Positions 12,058 through 24,427 of a DNA stretch of 64,000 nucleotides are shown one piece after another. The stretch spans positions 121,581,927 to 121,645,926 of the forward strand of contig NC_052151.1 of NCBI RefSeq assembly GCF_902713615.1, written 5' to 3'. Both the position numbers and the translations under genes were made by a program. Within the stretch, counting starts at the first letter, position 1. Each line of letters begins with the position of its first letter. The DNA comes from Scyliorhinus canicula (taxonomy: Eukaryota). A model generated the notes under the pieces. The model saw only the letters and a list, made by a program, of their open reading frames with translations, did not search any database and was not told where the DNA came from.

Positions 12058-13705
12058 GCTCTGGCCGCCCGCCTCTTTGGTCGGCCACTTGCTGTTACTT
12101 CATCATCAACAACGCTCTCTTCCAATAAACTCTGGACAATTGGCTTCAGCAGCCCATGGGTATCTGCACTCTCTTCTTGTGGCACCATCTTATTTTTAGG
12201 TTTCCTTCCTCTTTTCTTCGGGATCTTCACCGGTTGAGGATCACCACCATTCTCTGAACTATTACTACCTGCTAATGGAGTCTGCAGTACTGCTTTTGCA
12301 TCCTTAGGTTTTCTTCCTCTTTTCGTCAGACTCTTAACCGGTTGAGGAATTCCCATCTCACCGTCACCTTCATTCTCAGCACCATCACAAATCCCCTTTG
12401 ATGGAATTTGTTGCTCAACTCCTTCAACAGACATTGCCTCTGCATTCTTAGGTTTTCTCCCTCGTTTCTTTGGGGTTTTGACCGGTTGAGGAGTTCCCAA
12501 TTCACTGTCACCGCCATTTTCAGCATTGTCACAATCTCCCTTTGATAAAGGTTGCGATACTATTCCTTCAACAGACACTGCTTTTACATTTTTAGGTTTC
12601 CTTGCTCGTTTCTTTGGAATCTTCAATGGTTCAGGAATTTCCACCTCATTGTCACCACCATTTTCAATGTTACCATGACTGAGAATTTCCTTTGGAGGAG
12701 CAACCATTGCACTTTTAGGTTTTGTTTTTCGTTTCTTGCTGATATTCACAGGATCAGTTCTTGTTTCACCAGAACTACCATTCACAGATGTATTATGGAG
12801 GGCCACTGCGGTATTACCCGCCAAGTTATTTTGCTCTTTTTTGAATTTACCCCATTTTTTGCCTGAATTTTGCTGTATTGATAATATATCAGTTGCTAAA
12901 CAAGACTCTATTCCACACTCATTCAGAGTTGCAGCATTCTCATCTGCAGCAGGGTGTTTTAAAAGATCAATCAGCCGATCTTTTCCTTCCTTTCTCAATT
13001 GTTCTTCTATCTCCCAAGTACCCTTCTGTGAAACTGCCAGATGCTTGGGTGAGAGACTGATATCTTTTGAAGAGATTGTAGCACATGTCGGAGCACTGTT
13101 ACCCACAACAAAATGACTATCTACAGATTTAGATTTCTCTCTTTTCACCATACCACTTTGTTGTAAAAGGGTTGTACCAACAGTTAGGCAGTTCTCATCT
13201 GCAGACACACCAGAAGCCATCACATTTGTGGTAAGAAGATCAGTTGCTAATTTTAGGCCAGGAACAAGTGGGCCTTTGTCATTTTGTCGACTTTTGTTAC
13301 CAGCTGTTGCTTGCCCTGATGTTCTAATAGCAACCATTGGTTTGGCAACTTGCATGGGTGCTTCAGGTATAAATGAAGTACACTTAATAGTATTGCTTAT
13401 AAACATTAAACTCTCACAGTCTCTTTCTATGCTGCCAGACATGCACATTTCTGTTTCCAAATGTACACAGTTCTCAGCAGGGATCCCCACGTGAAAATCA
13501 CTGGCTGTAGATCCAAATCCATCGTTATTTACTTGGGACGTAGTATCTTCAGAAGGTTGAGCAGTTTCTACAGACACAACCTTTTTTTGCGCTTCTTCTG
13601 CATCAGCCTCACAGGTTTCCTGAAGTATTTGGTTCTAGAAATGTATTTTCCTCCTTGTACACTTCAGGCAGTTGATCAGCTCAGGCTCAGCAATTTCATT
13701 AAAAT
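12058..13705 (-). CDS. GTF3C2: GTF3C2 (TFIIIC110) exon 2, long disordered N-terminal region with AT-hook-like repeats
   Basis: Acceptor tgttttctag (13706-7), donor GC|gtaagg (12057). Open for ~525 codons below the TAG at 13635-13637; first in-frame ATG after it is at 13448. Ends ...SGRPKRRAARA, like human GTF3C2 SGERPRRRAAQV (recalled). Confidence 0.85.
12195..12665 (-). repeat. Coding tandem repeat, four units (144,144,123 nt, partial), each with a KR(G/A)RKPK AT-hook-like motif
   Basis: ENxGD starts at 12665, 12521, 12377 and 12254; motifs KKRARKPK, KKRGRKPK, TKRGRKPK, KKRGRKPK. Confidence 0.9.
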
Positions 13706-15149
13706 CTAGAAAACAAATCAGAAACTTCAATACTGCAGTTGAGGATGACACATTTCACACAACATTGTCACAAGTAGGCTTAAATTAGCACTGCAATTAA
13801 GTTATTGTGAAAAGTCCCTAGTTACCACACTGTTCGGGTACACCGAGGGAGAATTCAGAATGTCCAAAATACTTAATATCACATCTTTTCGGACTTGTGG
13901 GAGGAAACTGGAGGAAACCCACGCAGACAGGGGAGAACTAGCAGATTCCGCAGACCCTCAGTGACCCAGGCCGGGAATCGAACCTGGCACCATGGCGATG
14001 CAAAGCAACAGTGCTAACCACTGTGCTACCGTGCTGCATTGCAAAGCCTAACTCCAACTAAGCAGCATGCAACAGAGTTTACTTGGGCATTGTATCTCTG
14101 AGCTTACAGTTGCTAACTGCATACAATCACACATGGTTTGGGTGCTGGGCCACAAACATTGTGTTATTCTCAACTTTGATGATTTTAGAATTACAGTTTA
14201 TGATCACTGCTAAATGTCAAGAGTTCAGGAATTCAATAGAAGCTATTGGACCTATTCCTTCAACAAAAAACAGAAAATTACTCATTTGGCTGGTTATATA
14301 TCTTGGAAATTTCTCCATGCTCTCACAGGGGAAACAGTGGCATAGTGGTATTGTCACTAGACTAGTAAACCAGAGACCCAGAGTAATGCTCTGGGGACCC
14401 AGGTTCAAATCCCGAATTCAATAAAAATCTAGAATTAAAAGTCTAGTGCGAACAATACAGCACAACCAAAGTTGGTATCAAAACATTCAAGGTAACATTA
14501 AAAAATGTAAATGTATTATGAAATACAGCATCTGCCATTTGGGTTTCATTTTCAGAGTACCCAATCTGTAATACTAACAAAAATACTAGCTGTCACATCC
14601 AACCACCCAATCATATTGATAGCTTAGAATTCTACTCTTTCAATTTAAGATCTTGAGTTTGAATCTGAACCTAAATGGTGTGCTAAAAATCTCCTTTATC
14701 TGTCAGCTACAAGGGTCCTAAGTAAAAGGAGTTTGCCCAATTTTAGCTGCCTGGGCTCTTAACTTAGCAAATATAAAGATTTCATAGTCTGCTGGAAGGA
14801 AAGAAAAGAAGGGAAAGAGCACGGTAGCACAGTGGTTAGCACTGTTGTTTCACAGCTCCAGGGTCCCAGGTTCGATTCCTGGCTTGGGTCACTGTCTACA
14901 CGTTCTCCCTGTGACTGCGTGAGTTTCCTCCGGGTGCTCTGGTTTCCTCCCACAAATCCCGAAAAACATGCTGTTAGATGAATTGGACATTCTGAATTCG
15001 CCCTCTGTGTACCCGAAGAGGAGCTGGAATGTGGCGACTAGGACTTTTCACAGCAACTTCATTGCAGTGTTAATGTAAGCCTATTTGTGCCAATAAAGAT
15101 TATTATTATAACTTCAATTTAGAGGCCAGTCGGCAAGAATTCAGTCATC

Positions 15150-16100
15150 AGGTGCGAGGTGCTTTTGGTGTCGCGCCATGTGGCAAGGTCTGGCCCGTAT
15201 CCAACTCTTGCACATGATAGACACCCAAACCATCTTCTGCTTTGTGTTGATCAAAAATGGACAATGTCTCAGTTGGGCCATGCCATTTCACTTGTTCCTC
15301 ATAGAAAGGCATGTGCAGAAAAACACCTTTGATCTAAAGTCAATGCACATAAGGTTATCGAAACTGAGCCTCTCAGATGGTGCTCTGAACAGACTGACAA
15401 AATAATTTGCAGAATGTCTCATAGCCAGATCTCTCAAACAAGCACCAAGATGCAACTTGGTTAGTAGTGAGAAGGGCCCTCCAAGTCAGGTCCTTCCTAC
15501 ATACTTGGAAACTCACTTACTCTACAAACCGCCCTCTATGCAGCTGGGGTGGGGAAGAGATAATAATAATAATAGCTTATTGTCACAAGTAAGCTTCAAT
15601 TAAGTTATTGTGAAAAGCCCCTAGTCGCCACATTCAGGCGCCTGTTCGGGGAGGCTGGTATGGGAATTGAACCCGCGCTGCTGGTCTTGTTCTGCATTAC
15701 AAGCCAGCTATTTAGCCCACTGTGGTAAACCAGCCCCCAATCACCTTCCACCTCCTACTGGAATGTGCCGTTGCAAAGCAGCTGTCGAGACAGATGCTAT
15801 TGTTCTCATCAAGTTTTCATCCCGTGCAGCTCAAATGCAGGATTCTGTGCTCGATGGCTATTCCCAAGTATGCAGGCTAAGATAAACACGAATTGCTGCT
15901 GGAGGGCCAAAGTACTGAAAGACATTCTTTGGTCTTGCTGGTCAACAATCAAGTGTTGTAGACTGGCACATTCCAGGGTTCATAGTACATGATGAAGGGT
16001 GCACAAAACTTTGCTATTGCAAAGGCTCACTGGAGAAAGGTCTCCTGCCATTATACACTGAGGGACAGGAAACCATGTAAAACCCCTTGGGCTTTATGCA
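15150..16100 (+). mobile_element. Tx1-like LINE ORF2 C-terminal remnant, split by a SINE at 15560-15738
   Basis: Fragments QKNTFDLKS, HLLLECA, QDSVLxG, INTNCCWR, KDILWS, CCRLAHSRV. Confidence 0.55.
15560..15738 (-). mobile_element. Short tRNA SINE (head B + tail 2, no V-domain)
   Basis: Minus strand ggggctggtttaccacagtgggctaaatagctggcttg...gggttcaattccc joined to tail 2. Copies at 8745-8910(-), 19438-19615(-), 34170-34275(+, tail only). Confidence 0.8.
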
Positions 16101-16479
16101 CCAGAGCATTTTTGACAGGCACGGTAGCACAGTGGTTAGCACAGTTGCTTCACAGCGCCAGGGTCCCAGGTTTCATTCCCGGCTTGGGTCTCTATCTGTG
16201 CGGATTCTGCACGTTCTCCAAGTGTCTGCAGGGGTTTCCTCCCACAAGTCTCGACTTGTTAGGTGAATTGGACATTCTGAATTCTCCCTCCGTGTACCTG
16301 AACAGGCACCGTAGTGTGGAGACTAGGGACTTTTCACAGTAACTTCATTGCAGTTTTAATGTCAGCCTACTTGTGACAGTAATAAAGATTATTATTGTGT
16401 TTGTCTGATTACCCCCTTGTGATGTGCCCTTGGCATTTAACTATATTGAAGGTGTTCTATAAAACTGTTGTGATGGAGA

Positions 16480-16808
16480 GGGTAGGTGGTAGCATAGTGG
16501 TTAGCACAGTTGCTTCACAGCTCCAGGGTTCCAGGTTCGATTCCCAGCTAGGTCACTGTCCATGCGGAATCTGCAAGTTCTCCCCGTGTTTACGTGGGTT
16601 TCCTCTGGACGCTCCGGTTTCCTCCCACAGTCCCAAGATGTGTGGGTTAAGTGAATTGGCCATGCTAATTGCCCTTAGTGTCCAAAAAATGTTAAGTGGG
16701 GGGTTACTGGGTTACGTACATACGTGGGCTTCAGTAGGATGCTCTTTGTAAAGGCCAGTGCAGACTGGATGGTCCGAATGGCCTCCTTCTGCACTGTAAA
16801 TTCTATGA
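16480..16808 (+). mobile_element. HE1 V-SINE
   Basis: Full head, V-domain and CR1-type tail ending aattctatga. Confidence 0.9.
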
Positions 16809-16949
16809 TAGGCGAGTGGATGCAAATGGCAATGAGCTCCTTTTGTAAGGTGGGGAGGAGGAGGGCAAGGCAGAAGGCAGTTGTGTTCTTCTGTACATTG
16901 TTCACCAACTCCCTGGTGGTGCATGTTGTACTTTCAAGATCGAACAGCA

Positions 16950-17780
16950 GAGCCAGGCTGGCAGACGGAGGATGCGAACTTGGGGCAGGTACCCGCGGTG
17001 GTTGACTGCAGCACAAATCAAAGAAGCGAAACATGGGGGTGAAGTTAACCATTTGGGTGAAATGCGCATCCCCAGCAGAGTGACAGCCGTCAAACTGGAC
17101 TGGCTGGCAAGAGGCAGATGGTGTAATCAGCTGGAGCCCAGGCCAGCCTGGCACCACCGGTTATACCGGCCCCCGAGCCTCCCCGACCGGGAGCAGAACA
17201 GCCAGCGCCGGTGCCTGGAGCTTTCACCCAGGGAGAGTGACAGGCCAGGCCCGGCCCACTAAAACCTGCCGAGGCCTGGGATTAATTTTAAAGCTTCAAT
17301 ACCTTGTCTCATCGCACCCCGCCCCCTCCCCCGCGTCGGCAGGCTTCTTGACTGAACGGATGAGGATGAAGCTCAGACCCGGGTACACGTGGAACTTGAA
17401 CCCGCCGTTATTTTGTACAATGATCCAGCTCCCCCTCGCCTTTCTCAAAGGCCAGTTCAACACTCCGGCTGCCAAACACCCAACGGGCCACCGTCTCGAG
17501 GCGGAGCGTAGCCTTGGATGATTGACAGACTGACTGACCATACTCAGGCCGAGCGGCCGCGACGTCATGACGTATGATAAACAAGTGGGCGGGACAACTG
17601 ACCAGCTGACCGAACTCGCACCGCGGTGACGTCAAAGTAAAGCGACCACGTACGCCGGACGGCTGATGCCGATTTGAAGATGGTGCTGCCATCTTTAATA
17701 CTGGCATAAGAAGGGGTTGCCCCATTGTCCGATTATAATGGCTGAATACTGGCAGGAGAGACCAGGCGATCGTGGTTTAT
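16950..17780 (-). promoter_or_regulatory. CpG-island promoter of GTF3C2
   Basis: High CpG/GC against a CpG-depleted background. Perfect CRE TGACGTCA 17627-17634, two near-CREs 17560-17575, GC box GGGCGG ~17587, YY1-like GCCATCTT 17688-17695, and a splice donor at 17302 facing GTF3C2 exon 2. Confidence 0.8.
17303..17312 (-). CDS. GTF3C2: GTF3C2 exon 1, putative coding part (ATG AGA CAA G); the exon's 5'UTR extends to ~17550
   Basis: Donor AAG|gtattg at 17303/17302. The ATG (G at -3) splices in phase 1 into the long exon-2 frame (MRQDFNEIAEPEL...), but that frame has a TAG at 13635-13637, so this may be a uORF. Confidence 0.45.
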
Positions 17781-19827
17781 GCTCATGGCTGCCAAATTAC
17801 AAAGTCATATTGCAGGGGAGATTTGCTCGGATATCCAAGAAGGGTATTTTTGCCTTCCGCACATGCAGCTAATTGAATGTCAAAATTTATCTGCGATTCG
17901 GCAATTCTCCCGCAGCTACATTTCACTTTTAGTTCGAAGTTTCTTTCCAGTAAGGGGAACGGCTCAGTAGTAAACACAACGGAACAGTGAATGCAAATTA
18001 AATCTGGAACTTTCAACAGTCTACTTTAACTGACACACAAGTCAATTTGTTACAGGATTGAGATTTCCTGATTCAGTGGTAAACCAGAATGATTACATGG
18101 TGCCAGCTATCACAATGGCCAACCCTCACGGTCCACATTTCTCTGGAGTTTTGTTTCCAGCAATTAAATTTCAATCTCGTGGACGCTTCAGTGAGCAATT
18201 CAGGTGAAAAACTCAAAAGGTGTTTGTCAGTTTCTTGAACATTTTCATTGATTAATCGCCACTATTTCTACAACTAAAGAAAATGCTGTTGGGCGAAGCA
18301 TGAAAGTCATGTATCGAAGGCTCCAGAACTGTCAATCCTGTAAAAATGGTTACTCCAATTCCTTGACGATATCTGCTTAAATAACGAACGGAAGATTTGC
18401 ATGTCACGGTTTCATCAGTTTCTCCTATCCCGTCTCTAGTTATTTCAATTAATTTCAGATGAGTCCCTCTATTCTTGATCCATTAATAACTGGGGGGGAC
18501 CAATCCAAATCTTCCGTTGGTATTCGTAACTTTTAAACACCAGGCAGCATATGTGTTCGGATTGCCTGAATATCTTTCAATATTATGGCACATAATAAAA
18601 CGGTGATTTTAGTAATCCACCACTAATCTACTTTTTGTCTGATTTTACCACTTGCCTGATTTGAGATAAACAGAATAAAAATTGATATATTGAGTAAAAT
18701 GCCTTTGAACAAAGTATATCCATGAGCCAGGTCAAACGGTTTTGACTTCAAATGAAATCAAGCAACTAGTAGGACTAATTAATGACCTGATATTGAAGAT
18801 GCCCTTTGTACCTATCACAATATGATTGAATTTTACATTCCATTTGAGGGAGAGAAGAGTGGTCCCAAGACTAGTTTTTTGAACGTACATAAGGGCAATT
18901 ATGAGGACATGAAAGCAGAGCTAACTAAAGTGAACTGGCAATTTAGGTTAAGGGATAGACCAATAGAGATGCAGTGGGAGACATTATTTCAGAATATATG
19001 GAATAGATGCATTCCAACAAGAAATCAAAATTCCAAGGAGAACCAATCATCTATGGTTAACTAAAACAATGAAATATTGTATCAAACCTAAAGAAAAATC
19101 ACAATCGCACAAAGATTGGCAATAATCTGATCTAATAATCATTGTTATTGTCACAAGTAGGCTTACATTACACTGCAATAAAGTTACTGTGAAAATCCCC
19201 TAGTCGCCACACTCCGGCACCTGTTCGGGTAGAGGGAGAATTCAGAATGTCCAATTCACCTAACAAGCACATTTTTCAGGACCTGTGGGAGGAAACCGGA
19301 GAATCCGGAGGAAACCCCGCAGACATGGGGAGAACGTGCAGACTCCGCACAGACAGTGACTGAAGTGGGAATCGAACCTGGGACCCTGACGCTGTGAAGC
19401 AACAGTGCCAACCACTGTGCTACCGTGCCACCCAGAAGATGAAATGAAAAATGAAAATTGCTTATTGTCACGAGTAGGCTTCAATGAAGTTACTGTGAAA
19501 AGCCACATTCCGGCGCCTGTCCGGGGAGGCTGGTACAGGAATCGAACCGTGCTGCTGGCCTGCTTGGTCTGCTTTAAAAGCCAGCGAGTTAGCCGAGTAA
19601 GCTAAACCAACCCCTGATTGGACATAATATAAAAAATAGCAAAGAATGACCAAAAAATGAATGCAGGAAAAATTAAGAGTACGAGAGAAGGCTCGAAGAG
19701 AAATATAAAAACAGAGTTTCGATAGATATTTAAAAGAGTTAACTAAGTGAGTATTCGTCCAATAGAAAACGAGTCTGGGGACATAATAGAAAATAAGGAG
19801 ATGGCACATGAATGGAACTGATATTTT

Positions 19828-20140
19828 CATAGAATCTCTATAGTGCAAAAGGAGGTAATTCAGCCCATCCAAAAGTGCACCCTACCTAGGCTCACTCCTC
19901 CACTGCGTCGCCGTAATCCCACCTAACCTTTGGACACAAAGGAGTAATTTAGTATGGCCAATCCACCTAACCTGCACATCTTTAGACTGTGGGAGGAAAC
20001 CGAAGCACCTGGAGGAAACCCATCCAGAAATGGGAAGAACATGCAAATTCCACAAAGACAGTCACCCAAGGTCAGAATTGGACCCAAGTCCCTGGTGCTG
20101 TGAGGCAGCAGAAGTAGAACCGCTGCACCATCATGTTGCC
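19828..20140 (-). mobile_element. HE1 V-SINE
   Basis: Antisense head, V-domain and tail. Confidence 0.85.
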
Positions 20141-20452
20141 TTGCATTGGTCTTCACTGCTGAGGAAACAACTAGTATCCGAGAAATAGCTGGAAATCAGG
20201 AAATGTAAGGCAGGGAGGAATTGAAGAAAATTACAAACAGCAGGAAAATGATACTGAGCAAATTGTTGGAGCCGTGAACTGACAAATTTAATTCTAAGGC
20301 CATAAAAGTGGTTAGTAAGATAGGTGATGTGTTGGTCTTAATTTTACAAAATTCCTAGATTCGTGGAAGGTTCCATTAGGTTGAAAAATAGCAGATCTAA
20401 CTCCTTCATTCAAAAAGAGGAGACAGAAAGCAGGAAACTGCGGGCCAGTTAG

Positions 20453-21902
20453 TGTTAGGAAAACAAAGGTAGTTTAAAGGGATTTATACTTGCATTGGTA
20501 AACATGAGAAATAAGATGGAGCTTTAGGTATGTTTAAATTAATTTAATGCTTCTGTGCTGGGAAAGGAAAACCCTATAGTTAGATTCATGCTGGACAAAG
20601 TTGTTTGTATGAGTGATGGTTGGTTAAATTCCCGTTGTGTTTCTACTGTGCTTAGGGAGAGAGTTACGGTGCGAAGAATAAATAGAAGTAAATCAGTACC
20701 GAGCAACAGGCAGCAACTTCCGGAGGGAAGGGCTTTCCTTTCTTCTTAGTTTTAACTGGAAGCCAAAGCAATCGGAGCCAGGTCACTGATGAGTGAAAAA
20801 CTCTCAACTCTGCCAGAAGCTGGACAGAACAAGTGAGTTGCACAGATGCAGGCTTCCTAAGGAACACAATACAGTCCAGGTAACCAGGCAGCTGGGACAG
20901 AAAGTCTGCCTATGAAGTCTGGAGTTAAGTGAGCAAAGACCAAATTATTGTTCAGGAGAATTTAAGGAAGAGTAAACAAAGTGTTCTGAGTTAAAGAGAC
21001 AATCACAGTAACTAAGTTTAAAGTGGGACAGTAGACTTTATAGGCAGATGAGTACTGACTGGGAATCAAGAGTTAAAGCAATTGCAAGCAGTTTGCCCAA
21101 CAGTGAAGATGACATAATCCTAAAGTGGCTGGTGTGAAACCCTGAGCAGGATTCACATCTAAAAGTGGAGAAGCATCATTTGAAAGTGTAATTTGTAAAG
21201 CCTGGACTGGATTTCAGAATGTAAACCACCAAGGGAAAGCATTATTATAGGGCAGCACTGTGGCACAATGGTTAGCACTGCTGCCTCACGGTAGCGAGGT
21301 CCCAGGTTCGAGCCTGGCTCTGGGTTGCTGTCCCTGTGGAGTTTGTACATTCTCCCCGTGTTTGCGTGGGTTTCGCCCCCACAACCCAAAGATGTGCAAG
21401 GTAAATGGTTTAGCAATGCTAAATTGTCCCTTAATTGGAAAAAATGAATTGGGTACTTTAAATTTATTTTTAAAAAAGGAAAGCATCATTATGAGAAGGT
21501 TTTGAAGCATGTTTTTGGGAGTGGAGTTTCGAAACACTCATGTGACAATCACCTGGTGGGATTCTGAGGAGAAAACCACAGACACTAACGTATTTCAGAG
21601 CAGGGTGTGTATTTGACAACAGTCATCTTAAAAAGAGACGTTCTGTGTTAATGAGACCACTGTATTTTAAGATGTATTTCATAATCCATGTTAATCTATA
21701 AATCAGTGTGTATTTGTTAAGCTAATGGGGGAATATATGAGCATTGTATTATAATCCAATTTTTCATCTTTAATGAATGTTAAATCTAATTAGAAGTCCT
21801 GTGACTCTGTCTACGTTTTACAAAAAAAAAATTAGTCTTTTGAGGCAGGGTTCCATTCCGGGATCTTCCCGTCCAGCTATAACATCAACTGAGATTGTGA
21901 CA
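20453..21902. mobile_element. Solo LTR (TG...CA, 4-bp TSD TTAG) inserted in CR1
   Basis: Begins tgttagg, ends tgtgaca; ttag at 20449-20452 and 21903-21906; CR1 sequence ccagttag|ctt rejoins across it. Confidence 0.8.
21250..21478 (+). mobile_element. Poly(A)-tailed short V-SINE variant with ~15-bp TSD
   Basis: HE1-like head, shortened V-domain, tail aaattgtcccttaattggaaaaaatgaattgggtactttaaattt...aaaaaa; TSD ggaaagcatYattat. Confidence 0.85.
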
Positions 21903-24427
21903 TTAGCTTTGTAATCACCATCAGGGAAAACGTTAGGAGCTATTATTGAAGCTATTTTAATAGGGCACTGAAGATATGAATTCAAGGTAATTAGGCAAAG
22001 TCAACATGGTTTTGAGAGACAGAAATCATGTTTAACCAATTCATTGGAGTTTGTTCAAGAAGTGATGTGCTGTGAATAAAGGAGAACTGTGGATGCACTG
22101 TTTTTGGATTCCAGAAGGCATCTGATAAGGTGCCACATCAAAGGTTATTGTAGAAAATAAACACTCATGGTAAAGGGGCCAATATATTGGCATGGATAGA
22201 AGATTGGCTAGCTAGCAGGAAACAAGAGGCATAAATGGCTCATTTTCTATTGACAAGATGTAATGAATGGTGTAATCATAGAATCTCTACAGTGCAAAAG
22301 GAGGCCATTTGGCCCATCAAATCTGCACCGACACTCGGAAAGAGTACCTTGCCTAGGCCCATGACCAAACCCTATCCCCATAACCCAATCCTTTTGGACA
22401 CTAAGGGGAAATTTAATGAGGCCAATTCACCTATCCTGCACATCCTTGGACTCTTTGCAGTCTTTAATGAGTGGTGTAGCACAGGGATCTTTGTTAGGGC
22501 CTTAAAATCTTGCAATTTACCTAAATGTCTTGGATAAAGGGAACAAATGTATGGTTGCTAAATTTGCACAAAGATAGGTAGGAGAGTAAGTTGGGAAGAG
22601 GACGTAAGGAGGCTGCAAAGGGATATAGATAACGAGAGTGAGCAAAGATTTTGGAAACGGGAAAATGTGAAATTATCCATTTTGGCATGGAAAATAATAT
22701 GTATATTAATATGTGAGAAATTGCAGAGCTCTAAGATGCTGAGGGCTCCAAGTGGTCAATTGCACAAATCACAAGGTCAGTCTGCAGTGACAGCAAATAA
22801 TTAGGAAAGCTAATAGAATGTAATATTTGATTGCAAGGGGAATAAAATACAAAAGCAGAGGGATTATGCATCAGTTATACAAGGTATTGTATGCAGTATT
22901 GGTCTCCTAATTTGCGTTGAAAGTAATTCAGAGGTTTCTCAAGCTAATACCGGGAATGGGAGGGTTGTCTTATGACAAAAGGTTGGGCAGGCTAGGCTTG
23001 TATCTGCTGGAGTTTAGAAGACTAAGAGACAACTTGATTTGAAAAATAGAAGATCTTGAGAGGTCTTTTTTTTAAATAGACAATTTTATTGAGGCATTTT
23101 GACATAGTAAACAGCAACAGTACAGAACAATGTGCAAAGATCAATCATCATAGTGCTAAAACCAGCTCCCATCCCACAAAGACCCCCCTAGTTAACCCCC
23201 TAATCTACGTTACCGAAACCACCCCCCCCCCCCTCCCGCTCCCGCTCCCCCACCCCCTTGCTGACGATTAACTTTCCGCGAAGAAGTCGATAAATGGTTG
23301 CCACCTCCGGGCGAACAGTGACTCTCTGAGCGAATTTAATTTTCTCCACACCGAGGAAGCTCACCATGTCCGATAGCCAGGCCTCCGACTTCGGGGACTT
23401 TGAGTCCCTCCATGCCAGCAGTATTCGTCGCCGGGCTATCAGGGAAGCAAAGGCCAGAACATTGGCCTCTCTCTCCTCCTGGACTCCTGGATCCTCTGAA
23501 GCCCCAAAAATTGCCACCTCTGGACTCAACACCACCCTTGTTTTCAATACCCGGGACATAACTTCCGCGAATCCCTGCCAGTACCCCCTGAGTTTTGGGC
23601 ATGCCCAGAACATGTGGACATGGTTCACTGGTCATCCCGCACATCTGGCGCACCTGTCCTCCAGCCCAAAGAATTTACTTATCCGGGCCACTGAATTGGA
23701 TCAGGCTGAGCCTGGCGCATGTTGTGGTCGCGTTTACCCTACTCAACACCTCCGCCCATAAGCCCTCTTCTATCTCACCTCCGAGCTCCTCTTCCCATTT
23801 AAGCTTCAGCTCCTCAGTCAGCGTCTCCTCTGCCCCCATAAGTTCTTTATATATATCTGAGACCCCCCCCCCCCCCACCCATCCACAGGACACTACCCTG
23901 TCCTGGATCCCCCTAAGTGGCAGGCATGGGAAGGACAGAATCTGTCTGCGTAGGAAGTCCCGCACCTGAAAGTACCTGAAGTCATTCCCTCTTGCCAGCC
24001 CAAATTTCTCCTCCAACGCCCTCATGCTCGGGAAGCTCCCTTCTAAGAACAGATCCCCAGCCTCTCAATCCCATCCCTATGCCATATTCGGAGCCCACCA
24101 TCCATATTCCCCGGGGCAAACCAGTGGCTGTCGCAAATTGGGGACCAAACCAATGCTCTCACTTCCCCTATGTGCCTCCTCCATTGGCCCCAGATTCGCA
24201 AAGGTGCCACCACTATCGGGCTTGTGGAGTACCACCATAGCTATGTTGGCCACTCAGTAGTAATTACTAAAGTTTGGCAGCGCCAGCCCCCCTTCCCCTC
24301 GGTTTCTCTCGAGCATCACCCTCTTCACCCGCGGGGATTTTCCCGCCCACACAAATCCCATAATCATTTTATTGACCTTCATAAAAAAGGACTGCGGAAT
24401 GAAAATGGGGAGACACTGGAATACAAA

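Larger units (their letters stand above)
955..17312 (-). pseudogene. GTF3C2: GTF3C2 locus possibly disabled or truncated (5' part only in window)
   Basis: TAG in exon 2, plus TGA and frameshift in exon 4, all upstream of the WD40 region. Assembly error cannot be excluded. Confidence 0.45.

Noticed and set aside
17296-17568. 90-aa ORF over the CpG island as GTF3C2 coding exon 1
   Set aside because: Splicing at 17303 in this frame gives AGA TTT TAA immediately in exon 2; no recognisable homology.
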